Source: Candidatus Helarchaeota archaeon (lineage in GTDB: Archaea; Asgardarchaeota; Lokiarchaeia; Helarchaeales; RDOG01). From it: a DNA stretch of 64,000 nt. Positions 29,196-40,070 of this stretch are shown here, one piece after another. Location of the stretch: the NCBI GenBank assembly GCA_019058315.1, contig JAHPZH010000009.1, positions 96,001 to 160,000 on the forward strand, in the 5' to 3' direction. Both the position numbers and the translations under genes were made by a program. Under the pieces are notes generated by a model. That model was not told where the DNA came from and made no database searches. It saw only the letters and a list, made by a program, of their open reading frames with translations. Each line of letters starts with the position of its first letter. Position 1 is the stretch's first letter.

Positions 29196-29684
29196 CTACA
29201 ATACAATTTGAGAATCATATTCATTTTGATCAACAGCTTTTTGAATATCTCTTGGATCTTGCCCTTCGACAGTTACTCCCAGACTTATACAAGTGCCTAA
29301 GACTGTCTTAACGGCGTTTTTAAGATCTTTTGCAAGTAACTGTTCTTTTTTTGCTTTGGCTATTGTAACTATGATAGAAAAATCAAGATCTCCTATCTTT
29401 TCATCCTTCGGATTACCGCTTCCTTTTTCAGCTTCAGGTATTTCTTTTAAAATCAGTGCTGATGTAGGAGGACTCATAACTTCAACTTCAAATTCCTTTG
29501 TATCTGTGTCTACGACTATTTTAACTGGTACTTTGAGCCCCGTATATTCTTTTGTTAATTCATTTATCTTCTTAACTATTTGTAAAAGATTCGCACCAGT
29601 CGAACCTAACTTTGGTCCAATTGGAGGACCAGCTGAGGCTTTACCACCTTCAACAAGAGCTTCACACGTAACTTTTCCACCCAT
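29196..29684 (-). CDS. rpl11: 50S ribosomal protein L11
   Basis: GGKASAGPPIGPKLG, GTCISLGVTVEG. Confidence 0.96.
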   Translation of the reverse strand: MGGKVTCEALVEGGKASAGPPIGPKLGSTGANLLQIVKKINELTKEYTGLKVPVKIVVDTDTKEFEVEVMSPPTSALILKEIPEAEKGSGNPKDEKIGDLDFSIIVTIAKAKKEQLLAKDLKNAVKTVLGTCISLGVTVEGQDPRDIQKAVDQNEYDSQIVL

Positions 29685-29928
29685 ATATTGAAACTTCCGG
29701 TATTTTTCTATAACTTATTAGTAATGTTCTTTTCAATAATATATTTCTATTCTATTGGTCTGTAACATTATATTTACCTTTAAATTTTAAATTTTCTTAA
29801 CTAAATCATAATCAAGATTTGAGCGAATTTTAATGATAATGTAGGCGCGATAAAAAAAAATCTCGATTTTTTTATAAGCGGAAGCTAGTATTAAAAAATT
29901 ATAAAATCAAAATGGTGGTAAAATTACA

Positions 29929-30435
29929 TTGGTTAAAATAGGGATAATTTCCGATACTCATGATAATATTGAAACTGCAAAAAAGGCTGTTCAATATTTC
30001 AATTCAATCAATATAGACTATTGTTTACATGCTGGGGATATTATTGCCCCTTTTATGGCGAACTTAGTTTTTAATGATTTAAAATGTAAAGGAAATTTAA
30101 TATTAGTACAAGGTAATAATGATGGGGAAATTACGGGAAATAAACTTAATTTTACTAAGATTGGGAGTAATTTTGCAGGAAATTACTACGTCGGAATAAT
30201 CGATAATAAAAATATATTAATGCAACATGATATTCATCCAAAAATTTTAGAATCTATAGCATCTTCAAATAAATTCGACATTATAATTCATGGACATACT
30301 CATTCCTCAGAGAAAAAAAATATTGGAAATACAATTATCCTCAATCCAGGTGAATGTTGTGGCATTTTAAGTGGAAAAAATACAATTGCGATAATCGATA
30401 CTGAAAAGATGGATGCAAAAATCATAACCCTATAA
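29929..30435 (+). CDS. Metallophosphoesterase (YfcE/MJ0936/Vps29 family)
   Basis: SDTH, HAGD, GNND, HGHTH, NPG motifs. Confidence 0.9.
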   Translation: MVKIGIISDTHDNIETAKKAVQYFNSINIDYCLHAGDIIAPFMANLVFNDLKCKGNLILVQGNNDGEITGNKLNFTKIGSNFAGNYYVGIIDNKNILMQHDIHPKILESIASSNKFDIIIHGHTHSSEKKNIGNTIILNPGECCGILSGKNTIAIIDTEKMDAKIITL

Positions 30436-31648
30436 TTTTTTTTGGAGCCTCTAATTTAGCAATAAAAAATCCGGAAGTTTTATGAATATCGGGATAAAAT
30501 CGTTGTAAATTATTGTATCTAATATTATTTTCCGTTAGTTCTCCAGGAGAACCTATAAACACATTTTGTTCTTTAATTTTACAATCGAATTTTTCAATCA
30601 TATATTTTATATTCAACTCATTTTCTTCTGGAGAAAATGTACATGTGCTATAAACTATTATTCCACCGGGTTTTACGATTTTTAACGCAATATGGATAAA
30701 ATATTTTTGGTATTTAGCACTATTAATTATATCTTCTTCCGTTTTTGTCTCGTATAACTTTGGTCGAACACCTAAAGCTGAACAAGGAGGATCAATTAAG
30801 ACTTTATCAGCAGAATTAGAGAATTCGGAAAGTAAAAGCTTTGAATCTCCAATTCTTGAAGATATATTTTTAATTCCCAAACGATTAGAGTTTTCATTTA
30901 ATTTCTCAATTTTATTTTTAGATCTATCAATAGCGATAATTTCTCCTTGATTTTTCATTAATTGAGCAATATGGGTTGATTTACCTCCAATTCCTGCACA
31001 TAGATCCACAATTAATTCATTTTTTTGAGGATTTAATATTCTAGAAGTTAAAATAGAAGGTAAGGCTTGATTATAAAAGAGACCTTCACTAAACAACTGA
31101 GTTTTTTTCAAATTTGGGATAGAGTAGAGAGATTTTATATTTTCGAATATAATTCCTTTTCTAATTTTCCCAAGCTCTTTGTAATCTCTTGTAGCTAAGC
31201 CTATTGCAATAGGAATTTCAGTTTCACTAAGAATTGTAATTTGTTCTCCTTGTAAGAATTTATCAAATTTTTGAATTCCAGGAATATATAAATCCGAACC
31301 ACAAAGAACACTTTCTGAAGCAAATTTATCAATGATTACTTTTTTCTTTAGTATTGGAATTTCATTTGGACCTTTTCTAGGAAGAATAATTGCTTCAGGT
31401 ACGATTTTATGCTGTTTGGCTTTTATTCCTAAATTCTCAAGATTTTTAATTAATTTTTTTGGCGAAATTTTAAGTGTATTTGTTCGAATTGTATAAATTT
31501 CACTAGGAGTCTTTAGAGATTCCAATATTTTTATTGTTCTTTCTTTATATCTTTTCAAAAATCGTTCAATAATACTTTTAGGATAAAGAAATTTTTCAGA
31601 TAATTCTAAAAGCTGACTATTTGGGCTTATTTTCATTAAATACCCCAT
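30422..31648 (-). CDS. RsmB/NOP2 m5C RNA methyltransferase with PUA domain (NSUN6-like)
   Basis: DLCAGIGGKS, DPPCSALG, YSTCT; internal PUA. Confidence 0.9.
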   Translation of the reverse strand: MGYLMKISPNSQLLELSEKFLYPKSIIERFLKRYKERTIKILESLKTPSEIYTIRTNTLKISPKKLIKNLENLGIKAKQHKIVPEAIILPRKGPNEIPILKKKVIIDKFASESVLCGSDLYIPGIQKFDKFLQGEQITILSETEIPIAIGLATRDYKELGKIRKGIIFENIKSLYSIPNLKKTQLFSEGLFYNQALPSILTSRILNPQKNELIVDLCAGIGGKSTHIAQLMKNQGEIIAIDRSKNKIEKLNENSNRLGIKNISSRIGDSKLLLSEFSNSADKVLIDPPCSALGVRPKLYETKTEEDIINSAKYQKYFIHIALKIVKPGGIIVYSTCTFSPEENELNIKYMIEKFDCKIKEQNVFIGSPGELTENNIRYNNLQRFYPDIHKTSGFFIAKLEAPKKIIGL

Positions 31649-31673
31649 ACTTCAATACAAAATTAAAAATTTA

Positions 31674-32333
31674 TTAAAAACCGTGTTTTCCTATTAAAGG
31701 AACAAATGCTACGCCACCTAATTTCTTTCTAATTATTTCAGTAGTAGTCTTTTTTAATAATACCAATTCTTGATATGAATGCTTCTTACCTACAGGCATT
31801 ATAAGCATTCCTTCAATATTTAATTGTTCTATTAATGGATTTGGAATTTCAGGTCCCGCAGCTGTTACAATAATCCGATCATAAGGGGCTTCTTCTGGAT
31901 ATCCGCATGTACCATCACCAAGAATGACCGTTACAGTTTCTCCATACCCATTTCTTTCTAAATTATTTCTAGCAAATTCAGCTAATTCAGGGAGCCGTTC
32001 AATAGTGTAAACATGACCTGGATTCTTAGAGCCTTTAGGTGCAACTAGTTCTGCAAAAAAAGCAGCATTATAGCCACTTCCCCCTCCTATTTCTAAAACT
32101 TTTAATCCTTCTTCCATATTTAATTTCTCTGCATAAATAAAAGAAATGTGTGGTGCGGAAATTGTTTGCTTATGACCTATGCTAAGAGGTGTGTCGTTAT
32201 AAGCATGATCAACTTGGGATTCGGGTAGAAATTTTTCACGAGGAACATTATTGAACGCTTCAATTACTCTATTCGAAACAGCAGTTTTTGAATGAAGATA
32301 ACGGTCCAATAATCTTTTCTTTTTTTCTTCCAA
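31674..32333 (-). CDS. pcm: Protein-L-isoaspartate O-methyltransferase
   Basis: VPREKF, QTISAPH, LEIGGGSGYNAA, APYDRIIVTAA, FVPLIG. Confidence 0.94.
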   Translation of the reverse strand: MEEKKKRLLDRYLHSKTAVSNRVIEAFNNVPREKFLPESQVDHAYNDTPLSIGHKQTISAPHISFIYAEKLNMEEGLKVLEIGGGSGYNAAFFAELVAPKGSKNPGHVYTIERLPELAEFARNNLERNGYGETVTVILGDGTCGYPEEAPYDRIIVTAAGPEIPNPLIEQLNIEGMLIMPVGKKHSYQELVLLKKTTTEIIRKKLGGVAFVPLIGKHGF

Positions 32334-32477
32334 TTCAGCTCTACCTCGACTTTCTACCTCTTAAAAACATAACATTATGAGTTTAAAAAAAGATACGTTC
32401 ACATGTATTGGATAAATACTAATTTATTTTTAAAAATTATAAAAGATTATCAAATTTTCTTAAATTAATTAGAGATT

Positions 32478-32915
32478 TTGCGGTGGCGATTTTTGACTAT
32501 AATTGAAGAGATTAAAGCATTAGGACACCAAAATATAATTGGAACGCATAAAACTACTTTTGAAATAACAAAAGAGAAAAATTTGACAAAAAGAGGAAAT
32601 TGTATAATTGGAATATTGGCAAATAAAGGAATAGTAGATTTATCTCAAAGATTTAAGGATATAGCAAAGACAGACATAAAAATTAAATGCGTTCTAATTG
32701 TAAAAGATATTAAAGAAGAAATTTTAGGCTACGGACATCGTTCACTCACATTTTCACATCCTACAGATATCGTAATCAGAAAGAGTAATTACAAATGCTC
32801 TCGTACATTAATGATAGGAGCGAATAAGAGCGCAAGCGATTTGGATAGAAATTTTATCAAATTATTAAAAAATCCTGAAACTCAACTTAAAATTAAATTT
32901 ATTATTAATAGTTAA
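32478..32915 (+). CDS. DUF371 family protein
   Basis: GHQNIIGTHKTTFEITKE..LTKRGNCIIG, DIVIRKS, ANKSASDL. Confidence 0.85.
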   Translation: MRWRFLTIIEEIKALGHQNIIGTHKTTFEITKEKNLTKRGNCIIGILANKGIVDLSQRFKDIAKTDIKIKCVLIVKDIKEEILGYGHRSLTFSHPTDIVIRKSNYKCSRTLMIGANKSASDLDRNFIKLLKNPETQLKIKFIINS

Positions 32916-33985
32916 ATCTTATCTATATCAATATCAATACAAATTTGCCATTCATGAGGGGCTGTAGATTTCACTTTTCTAAATTTTAAATTTGAGATTG
33001 TCCTTTTACTTTTTATAATATCAGTCCTTAATTTCGTTTCAATTTTTTTATTGGTATCTGATTCAGTCTGAAAATGATAGAAATGGATAATACCGCCTTT
33101 TGACTTCAAAGCTTTACAAGCTATTGGCAGATAATTAAAAGATTTTGTAGGAAGATTCATAATTATTCGATCAAATTTATTCTCTAGAGATTCTAAAATT
33201 ATCTTTTCTGCATCACCCAATATAGGAACTACAAGATTTTCTACTTTATTTAAAATGATATTCCTCTTAAGAAAATTTATTGCATCTTCATTTTTATCAA
33301 TGGAATAGACCTTTGCTCCTTTTCTTTTTGCTATTAAAATTGAAAATGGTCCAATTCCAGCAAACATATCAAGGATTAATTCATTTGAATTTGTCATATC
33401 CGCAATTCTAGCATGCTCTGTACCTAATCTAGGACTAAAATAGACTTTTTTTATATCTAATTCATAACGACATCCATTTTCTTTATGTAATGTTAATGTA
33501 TTATTGATTCCTGCTAGAAATTCTAATTCTCTTATTCTGAATTCTCCATTGACTTTTCCAATTTTTGCAAAAACAGATTCTAAAGATTTATTATATTCCA
33601 ATAATAATTTCGCTAGTAATTTCTCTTTAGATTGGATATCATTGGGTATTTCCAATATGGCGATTTTTCCAATAATATCGAATGATTTGGGAATAAATTT
33701 TAATTCATTTTGATCAAAATGTTTAGCCAAATTTTCTAAAAATTTGCTTTGCTCACTTTTTTCTCTTGATTTAAAATCATTTTCTATAAATTGTGCTGTA
33801 TTGAAGTTCTTTAATATATTAGATTTCTCAGTACTACCTAATTTTTTAAGAATAGGAAAGTGAATTTTATCTTCTTCAACTTTAATTATTTTACTCTTAT
33901 CTAATATTTCGAGTTCAATCAGAAGTTTTCTTAGTTTTTCCCCTTGTTTTTTATTTATACACACACAAGGTGACAAATTTCCCAT
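32912..33985 (-). CDS. trm5: tRNA (guanine-37-N1) methyltransferase Trm5/Taw22 family
   Basis: SFDIIGKIA, VYFSPRL, DMFAGIGPF, DRIIMNLP; start moved to ATG 33985 because the track extension overlaps tRNA-Arg. Confidence 0.9.
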   Translation of the reverse strand: MGNLSPCVCINKKQGEKLRKLLIELEILDKSKIIKVEEDKIHFPILKKLGSTEKSNILKNFNTAQFIENDFKSREKSEQSKFLENLAKHFDQNELKFIPKSFDIIGKIAILEIPNDIQSKEKLLAKLLLEYNKSLESVFAKIGKVNGEFRIRELEFLAGINNTLTLHKENGCRYELDIKKVYFSPRLGTEHARIADMTNSNELILDMFAGIGPFSILIAKRKGAKVYSIDKNEDAINFLKRNIILNKVENLVVPILGDAEKIILESLENKFDRIIMNLPTKSFNYLPIACKALKSKGGIIHFYHFQTESDTNKKIETKLRTDIIKSKRTISNLKFRKVKSTAPHEWQICIDIDIDKI

Positions 33986-34008
33986 ATATGCACCATAAAG
34001 AATTAAGA

Positions 34009-34116
34009 TGGCGGACCCGGGGGGAATTTCGCCCAACTGCATATATCAATTGGGATTCGAACCCTCGATGTCCAACTTAGAAGGCTGGTGGTCTATCCTG
34101 GCTAACCTACGGGTCC
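34009..34116 (-). tRNA. tRNA-Arg(TCT) with a 30-nt intron in the T-loop (59/60; 34026-34055)
   Basis: Acceptor GGACCCG/CGGGTCC, G-CCA, anticodon arm CCAGC-CTTCTAA-GTTGG; BHB with helix TTCG/CGAA, bulges AAT and ATT, intron stem CCCAATTG/CAGTTGGG. Confidence 0.92.
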
Positions 34117-34231
34117 TTGAATTCCATTATGCTATTCCATAATATAAAATTTCTGAATTAATTATTAGATAATATTAAATTAAAAATGATATTTTAAAAA
34201 TTCTAATATGGAAAAATTTAGATGATATTAC

Positions 34232-34891
34232 ATGAAACATGAGAAAATTTTACATGATGCAGCAAAAGATTTACAATTTTTATTAAATAGGGGATATAAT
34301 AAAAAAGGCGCTCTTAAATTGGTTGGAGATAGATATATTTTGAATAAAAATGAACGTCATATTTTATTTAGAGCAATTTTTTCTGAAAATGATATAAAAA
34401 ATAGGGAGAAAAAGAAATTATCACAAGATCAATTAAAAGATCAAATTCTTTCGATTGATGGCTACAATGTCTTAATTACTTTAGAAAATATGTTGAAGAA
34501 TAAGATTTTAATCATAGCAGCTGACGGTTTTTTTCGAGATGCTTCAAAAATTTCGAAAAGATATAAAAAATCAGAAAAAACTGATTTAGCCATTAAATTA
34601 ATATTTGAAAAATTAGTAAATTTAGCCCCAAAATATATTTATATTTTCTTTGATAAGCCAATTAGTAAAAGTGGCGAACTTACAGCATTGATAAATGAAA
34701 AGATTTCCGAATTTAAATTAAAAGGAATTGCCAAGGCTGTAAATAGTCCAGACCATGAAATATTAAAACAAGGAGAGACTGTAATTAGCGCAGATAGCTT
34801 AATCTTAGATAAAGGAAAAACAATTTTTGATTTAGCTGGTTCAATTATCAAAGAGCAAGCATATCAAAATATCATTTCATTCTTACAATGA
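34232..34891 (+). CDS. DUF434 family protein (PIN-like)
   Basis: DLQFLLNRGY...LVGDRY, IDGYNVLIT, DKPISKSG, SADS. Confidence 0.85.
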   Translation: MKHEKILHDAAKDLQFLLNRGYNKKGALKLVGDRYILNKNERHILFRAIFSENDIKNREKKKLSQDQLKDQILSIDGYNVLITLENMLKNKILIIAADGFFRDASKISKRYKKSEKTDLAIKLIFEKLVNLAPKYIYIFFDKPISKSGELTALINEKISEFKLKGIAKAVNSPDHEILKQGETVISADSLILDKGKTIFDLAGSIIKEQAYQNIISFLQ

Positions 34892-34945
34892 AGTAAAAGA
34901 TATAACTTCAATAACCATAAAATAAATATTTTTAAAAGAAATTAT

Positions 34946-36031
34946 TTGAATAAAGAAAGTTTGGTTATTTCATTGGATAAATTAAAGAAGTATAATAAAT
35001 ATGGTATAGAAATTATATCTATTCTAAAATTAAGAAATAAATTTGTTCAACAATGCATCCAAGATTTTCAAATTTCTAAAACAGGGATAGTTTGGAGTTC
35101 TCTAATAGCACCTTCATTAATAATAAGTTTAATTCTAAGCAGAGAATTCGAACAAAATGAAAAAAAGAGAATTTATGCAAATTGTCTAGTTGATTTATGC
35201 CATTTATTCTTTGCCTTAGAAGATAGAATTAGAGACCAACAAGTAACAAAACAAAATGAAATTGAAAGATATGAAAACACAAAAAGGGTTTTTAAATGCA
35301 CATTTAGAAAAATTTTAAATAATTCATATTCAGAAGATCTAATTTCGGAAAAAATGAGAAATTTCTTTGAACCTTTCTTGGATAATTTAAATCGTTATGC
35401 CGAACGGGTAGTTTATCCTAAAGATGAATCAGTTAAAGTTGAAAATCTCATTGATAGGATTGTAACTGAAAAAATTTCTGGCCTATTTACTAGCAATGAC
35501 ATTATTGAAGTTCATAAAACAAAATTCGGAAATTTTTTTCGTGGTATGGGATATTTTCTCTATAAATTTTATGAGTTGAATTTTAAAAACAAAAAAGCTT
35601 ACTTTGACTTATTCTTTTATATTGGAATGCTTGCACAATTGGTAGATGATTTAAGAGATTTATTTTGGCAAGATATCGAGATTGAACAGCCAAACATTGT
35701 AATGGCTTTAGTTTTGCATGAAAACTGGAATACTGAAGGACCAAAATTCATTAACCTTATAAAAAATAAAAATAATCAAAATTACAATTTAATTAACGAA
35801 TTAGAAAATAACATAAAAAAAGTAAGAAAAGGAGAAATTAGTATATTTGATTTTTATGGATTGATATTTCCAAATACTTATCAATCCATAACAAAAATTG
35901 TGCAGAATATCAAAGAGAATATTAAATCTAGCCTTAAATCATTAGATATAAAAATAATTAACGCTGAAGAAATTGTCGAGATTTATGGATTTATTATTGC
36001 ATATATTAAAAATATGATGGTAAAAAAATAA
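34946..36031 (+). CDS. Hypothetical protein, possible class I isoprenoid-synthase fold
   Basis: IGMLAQLVDDLRD (DDxxD-like) and upstream LEDRIRD. Confidence 0.45.
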   Translation: MNKESLVISLDKLKKYNKYGIEIISILKLRNKFVQQCIQDFQISKTGIVWSSLIAPSLIISLILSREFEQNEKKRIYANCLVDLCHLFFALEDRIRDQQVTKQNEIERYENTKRVFKCTFRKILNNSYSEDLISEKMRNFFEPFLDNLNRYAERVVYPKDESVKVENLIDRIVTEKISGLFTSNDIIEVHKTKFGNFFRGMGYFLYKFYELNFKNKKAYFDLFFYIGMLAQLVDDLRDLFWQDIEIEQPNIVMALVLHENWNTEGPKFINLIKNKNNQNYNLINELENNIKKVRKGEISIFDFYGLIFPNTYQSITKIVQNIKENIKSSLKSLDIKIINAEEIVEIYGFIIAYIKNMMVKK

Positions 36032-36032
36032 T

Positions 36033-38828
36033 TTAAGAATTAATTTGTTTTTTTATAATTTCTAAACATTTATTTCGTATCTTTTGAACATTTTCCAAGG
36101 GCATTCCTCCGCCTTGTGCCATTTCTACTTTTCCTCCACCTCCCCCGCCTAAAATTTTTGCTAATTCTTTCATTATTTTCCCAGCATGAATTCCTGTTGA
36201 TTGAGCTTTGGATCCAGCAATTATTAAAGTATTAACTTTTTCATTTAGAGTGGTAACCAAAATTCCAATAATATCATTACTTATTGAAATCAATGCATTC
36301 CCAATTTCAATTAAATCATCTACAGTTTTGTTATCAAAGACTTTGTGAACTATTTTAATTCCTTTATATGAATCGGCACTATTAAATAGTTGCTCGGCGA
36401 GTAATAAAGATAATTCTTTTCTCAAACGCTCGCTTTCTTTTAATGCATCCTTCCAATCATTAAAGAAACGTTTTGTTACTGATGGTACTTCTTTCTTCCC
36501 TATATTAAACATTTGAGCTGTTTGTTCTAATATTTTTTCTAATTCTTGATTATATTTAACTGCTGCTTTTCCAGCCATATATTCTAGACGCACTATTCCG
36601 TCTTGAATTCTTTTTGAGCCAATCATTTTGATGGATCCAACTTCATTAGTGTTATCAAGATGTGTTCCTCCGCAAGCTTCAACATCAAAATCACCTATAT
36701 TAACTATTTTTAAGTTTTTACCGGGAACTGCTCCTCCTTGATAGATAGTGAAGCCAAAGCTCGATTCTGCTTGATTTCTAGGCATTTGCTCTTTGTGTAA
36801 ATCAATATTTTTCAGAACTAAATCATTCGCAACTTTTTCAATTTCCCATAATTCTTCCTTACTAACAGCTTTATAATGAGAAATATCCAGATGTGCTCGT
36901 TCAGGAGTTTTTTCCGTTCCTCCTTGCCACACATGGTTTCCTAAAACTTGTCTTGCTGCATAATTTACAATATGTGTTGCTGTATGATGACGCATTAAAG
37001 CAATTCGCCTATCCCAATCGATTTTTCCACTAATTTTTTGACCGATTATTAAAGAAGAATTTTTACTTTTTAATTCATGAACAATTACATTTCCGACTTT
37101 TTCGACATTTTTTACAACCTCATCTTCTATTATACCAGTATCATGAAGTTGACCTCCACTAGTCGGATAAAATAAAGTCTTATCTAAAACTACGTATTTA
37201 TCATTGACGATTTTAAGAATCTTTGCATTAAAATCTGAATTATAAGAGCCTTGATCATATAATTGAATTGTTGCTGGTAAATTATCAAATTTTCCTTTAA
37301 GTTTATCCTCTAAAGTTTCAATTTTTGATACTATTTCGGATTTAACTCGTTTTTCACCCAGTGTTACATAAAAATCACCTGGCACATCAACCTTAAGCTT
37401 TTGTTCTTGAGCGATTTCTTGAACTAATTCAGGTGGTATTCCGTGAGATTCATATAACTCAATAAATTTATCTATTCCAATCTTTTTCTTTTCTTTTAAA
37501 AGCTTTGTAACATAATTTACTCCTTTTCTTCTTGATTCTTGGAATCTATCTTGTTCTACTTTAATTATATCTTCGATAATGTTATTTGCACTTTCTAAAC
37601 GGTCGTAAGTTCGATTAAAATATTCAATTAACTCATAACCTAATTCAATTAAGTCTAAATTTAAATTGTAAATTTTATTCAGACTTATAGCACGTCTTAA
37701 AATAATCCGAAGATTGTAGCCACCACCTACATTAGATGGAAATGCACCATCTGCTACTGCAAATATAAGAGTACGCATATGATCTGTTATAGCATAAGCA
37801 GCTTCAAGAGGACCTAACTGAGATTCTATCTCATTATATGATAAACCTAATTCTGAAGCTACTTTTTTCCGGGCTTTTTCAATATCTTCTACTTCATCTA
37901 CATTAAGTAGCCCAGATATTACAGCGTAACGCGACATTAACTCCTTATCAACTTTAATATCCGACTTTTTTCTTACATTTTCAAAAACTGGCCCAAATGT
38001 CGCTTCATAAATAGTTGGGGTGCCTAAAGCAAACCAACCTATTCGTTCCATTCCCCAACCAACATCTACAACTGTCATATCCATTTGCCGATAACTTTGA
38101 TCAGGAAGAACTTCATACTGCATAAAAACACTGTTTACAATCTCTAATCCTTTGGCAAAAGATTCTAAACAAGGTCCAAAATTTCCTCCGCCTAACCATA
38201 TATCTTCACGAAGTGTAATTTCCATCGGATCAATTTTTAAAACATCTGTCAGAAATTTAAAATCCAGTTCAATGCACCTATCCATCCAATATCCTTTTAA
38301 TTTCAATTTTTTATTATTAAACGAATGTTGTCCTCCCATAATAAAAGAAGTAAGGTGGCGGCCTGTTTTTCCTACATTATCAATGTCATTGAATCCTTTT
38401 CCTCCAAATCTTATACATGGTTGAGGAATGACTAAAGGATTAGCAGGAGGCAGAATCGTACCATTCAATACGTGAGGTTGAAAACAAGTGATGGAAGCAA
38501 GCGTGAAAAAAAGATCATTTCTCCATCGGGCTACAACAGGATATTCTTTAATTCTTTTATGATCATATTTTACAAAAAATTCCGACCATTTTTTTATTGT
38601 ATCATGAAAATCCCATGCTCCTTTAACGGATTTTCCAATGAATTGATAACCTCCTACACACTTGGTATCCCCACAAATCTCTAAATCAGTATTCAAAGTC
38701 CAAAAATAATCTCCACAAATTTTACACTGTTTTCTCTGAAAACCTAATTCATCGAATAGCATAACTTTATACTTTTCGGGACCAAATATTTCTCTTAGCT
38801 TATTTTTATCCAACGACATTGAAATCAT
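36033..38828 (-). CDS. alaS: Alanyl-tRNA synthetase
   Basis: N-terminal Zn finger, YPVVARWR, VDVGWGMER, HTATH and ACGGTH editing domain, GGGGG DHHA1 tail. Confidence 0.96.
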   Translation of the reverse strand: MISMSLDKNKLREIFGPEKYKVMLFDELGFQRKQCKICGDYFWTLNTDLEICGDTKCVGGYQFIGKSVKGAWDFHDTIKKWSEFFVKYDHKRIKEYPVVARWRNDLFFTLASITCFQPHVLNGTILPPANPLVIPQPCIRFGGKGFNDIDNVGKTGRHLTSFIMGGQHSFNNKKLKLKGYWMDRCIELDFKFLTDVLKIDPMEITLREDIWLGGGNFGPCLESFAKGLEIVNSVFMQYEVLPDQSYRQMDMTVVDVGWGMERIGWFALGTPTIYEATFGPVFENVRKKSDIKVDKELMSRYAVISGLLNVDEVEDIEKARKKVASELGLSYNEIESQLGPLEAAYAITDHMRTLIFAVADGAFPSNVGGGYNLRIILRRAISLNKIYNLNLDLIELGYELIEYFNRTYDRLESANNIIEDIIKVEQDRFQESRRKGVNYVTKLLKEKKKIGIDKFIELYESHGIPPELVQEIAQEQKLKVDVPGDFYVTLGEKRVKSEIVSKIETLEDKLKGKFDNLPATIQLYDQGSYNSDFNAKILKIVNDKYVVLDKTLFYPTSGGQLHDTGIIEDEVVKNVEKVGNVIVHELKSKNSSLIIGQKISGKIDWDRRIALMRHHTATHIVNYAARQVLGNHVWQGGTEKTPERAHLDISHYKAVSKEELWEIEKVANDLVLKNIDLHKEQMPRNQAESSFGFTIYQGGAVPGKNLKIVNIGDFDVEACGGTHLDNTNEVGSIKMIGSKRIQDGIVRLEYMAGKAAVKYNQELEKILEQTAQMFNIGKKEVPSVTKRFFNDWKDALKESERLRKELSLLLAEQLFNSADSYKGIKIVHKVFDNKTVDDLIEIGNALISISNDIIGILVTTLNEKVNTLIIAGSKAQSTGIHAGKIMKELAKILGGGGGGKVEMAQGGGMPLENVQKIRNKCLEIIKKQINS

Positions 38829-39076
38829 AACTCTAATATTTTTAAATCAAATAAAAGTAAATTCACAAATAATTAGATCATTCTTACTATATTCTAATTT
38901 AATAACTACGTTATATTTATTTAATTAACTGATTAATCTAAATATTTTCTTTAATGATTTACACATAAGCAATAATTTTTGTAATTATTAAATCGTTTTT
39001 TATGTAACAATTTCTTTTTATTTGGTAAAAGGATAATAATTTGATTAAAAAATTTGTTTTGGAGGACCTTAACCCA

Positions 39077-39763
39077 ATGAGGATTGTAATTAAAGTTGGT
39101 GGATCTCTAATCCAAGATAAAAATGGAAAAATTCGAATTAAATATTTAAAGGAATTAGTGAAAATTTTAAAAAAAATCAAGGAAAATAATGAAATAGCAA
39201 TAATTGTTGGAGGAGGAAAGAGTGCACGAATTTATATCACTGCCGCAAGAGAATTGGGTGCACCAGAAGCACTTTCTGATGAAATAGGTATCGAAATTGC
39301 TAAAATTCATGCCAGACTCTTAATTTCGGCATTAGGTGAGGTAGCTTACCCTAAAACATTCGAATCGCTTTCTGAGGCTGTTTCTGCATTTCAAAGTGGT
39401 AAAATTATTATATTAGGAGGATTACAACCTGGTCAATCCACTAATGCAGTTGCGAGTTTACTAGCTGAACGATTAAATGCTGATTTATTAATTAATGCAA
39501 CTGATGTGGCTGGAGTTTATACAGCGGACCCCAAAAAAGATCCATCAGCTAAAAAAATTGATGAATTAAATATTTCAGATTTTACAAAAATGGTTAGATT
39601 AGAAAAAGCTAAAGCGGGGGAATATTCTTTATTCGATTATGTTGCTTATTTAATTATAAAAAGATCAAAAGTTCCTATTATTTTCATTTCTGGAGAAGAT
39701 CCAAAAAATATTTTAAAAATTGTCAATGGTGAAAAATTAGGAACAAAAATAGTTTATGATTAA
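39077..39763 (+). CDS. pyrH: UMP kinase
   Basis: MRIVIKVGGS, VGGG, PGQSTNAVA, DVAGVYTADP. Confidence 0.94.
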   Translation: MRIVIKVGGSLIQDKNGKIRIKYLKELVKILKKIKENNEIAIIVGGGKSARIYITAARELGAPEALSDEIGIEIAKIHARLLISALGEVAYPKTFESLSEAVSAFQSGKIIILGGLQPGQSTNAVASLLAERLNADLLINATDVAGVYTADPKKDPSAKKIDELNISDFTKMVRLEKAKAGEYSLFDYVAYLIIKRSKVPIIFISGEDPKNILKIVNGEKLGTKIVYD

Positions 39764-40043
39764 TAAGGTGTTTGAAATTCAAGAAAAGAAAAAATCAGGA
39801 GAAATTAGTACTACAAAAAAACAAAAATGGATAAAAAAATGGGAACCGCACAAACATTGTTCTGTGTGTGGTGTCGCAATCGCGATGGATAAAGAAGATT
39901 TTTGCTCTTCTAAATGTAGTGGGGAATATCAAGAATGGAAACTCGAGCAAGAAAAGAAAAATAAAAGAAATAGTATTATGATGTTCGTTTTAATGGGTGT
40001 CATGCTCGTTGTAATGTTAATGGTTACAATGTTTAGTAGATAA
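39756..40043 (+). CDS. DUF2116 family Zn-ribbon membrane protein
   Basis: EPHKHCSVCG...FCSSKC and a C-terminal TM helix; follows pyrH. Confidence 0.85.
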   Translation: MINKVFEIQEKKKSGEISTTKKQKWIKKWEPHKHCSVCGVAIAMDKEDFCSSKCSGEYQEWKLEQEKKNKRNSIMMFVLMGVMLVVMLMVTMFSR

Positions 40044-40070
40044 ACGTAAGTTAAAATATATTGTAAAATT

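Noticed and set aside
29845-29885. A/T-rich inverted repeat between rpl11 and the phosphoesterase gene
   Set aside because: Intergenic, low complexity, no BHB flanks or recognisable RNA motif.
33986-34042. N-terminal extension of the Trm5 ORF in the track
   Set aside because: It overlaps the tRNA-Arg gene; the real start is likely ATG 33985.
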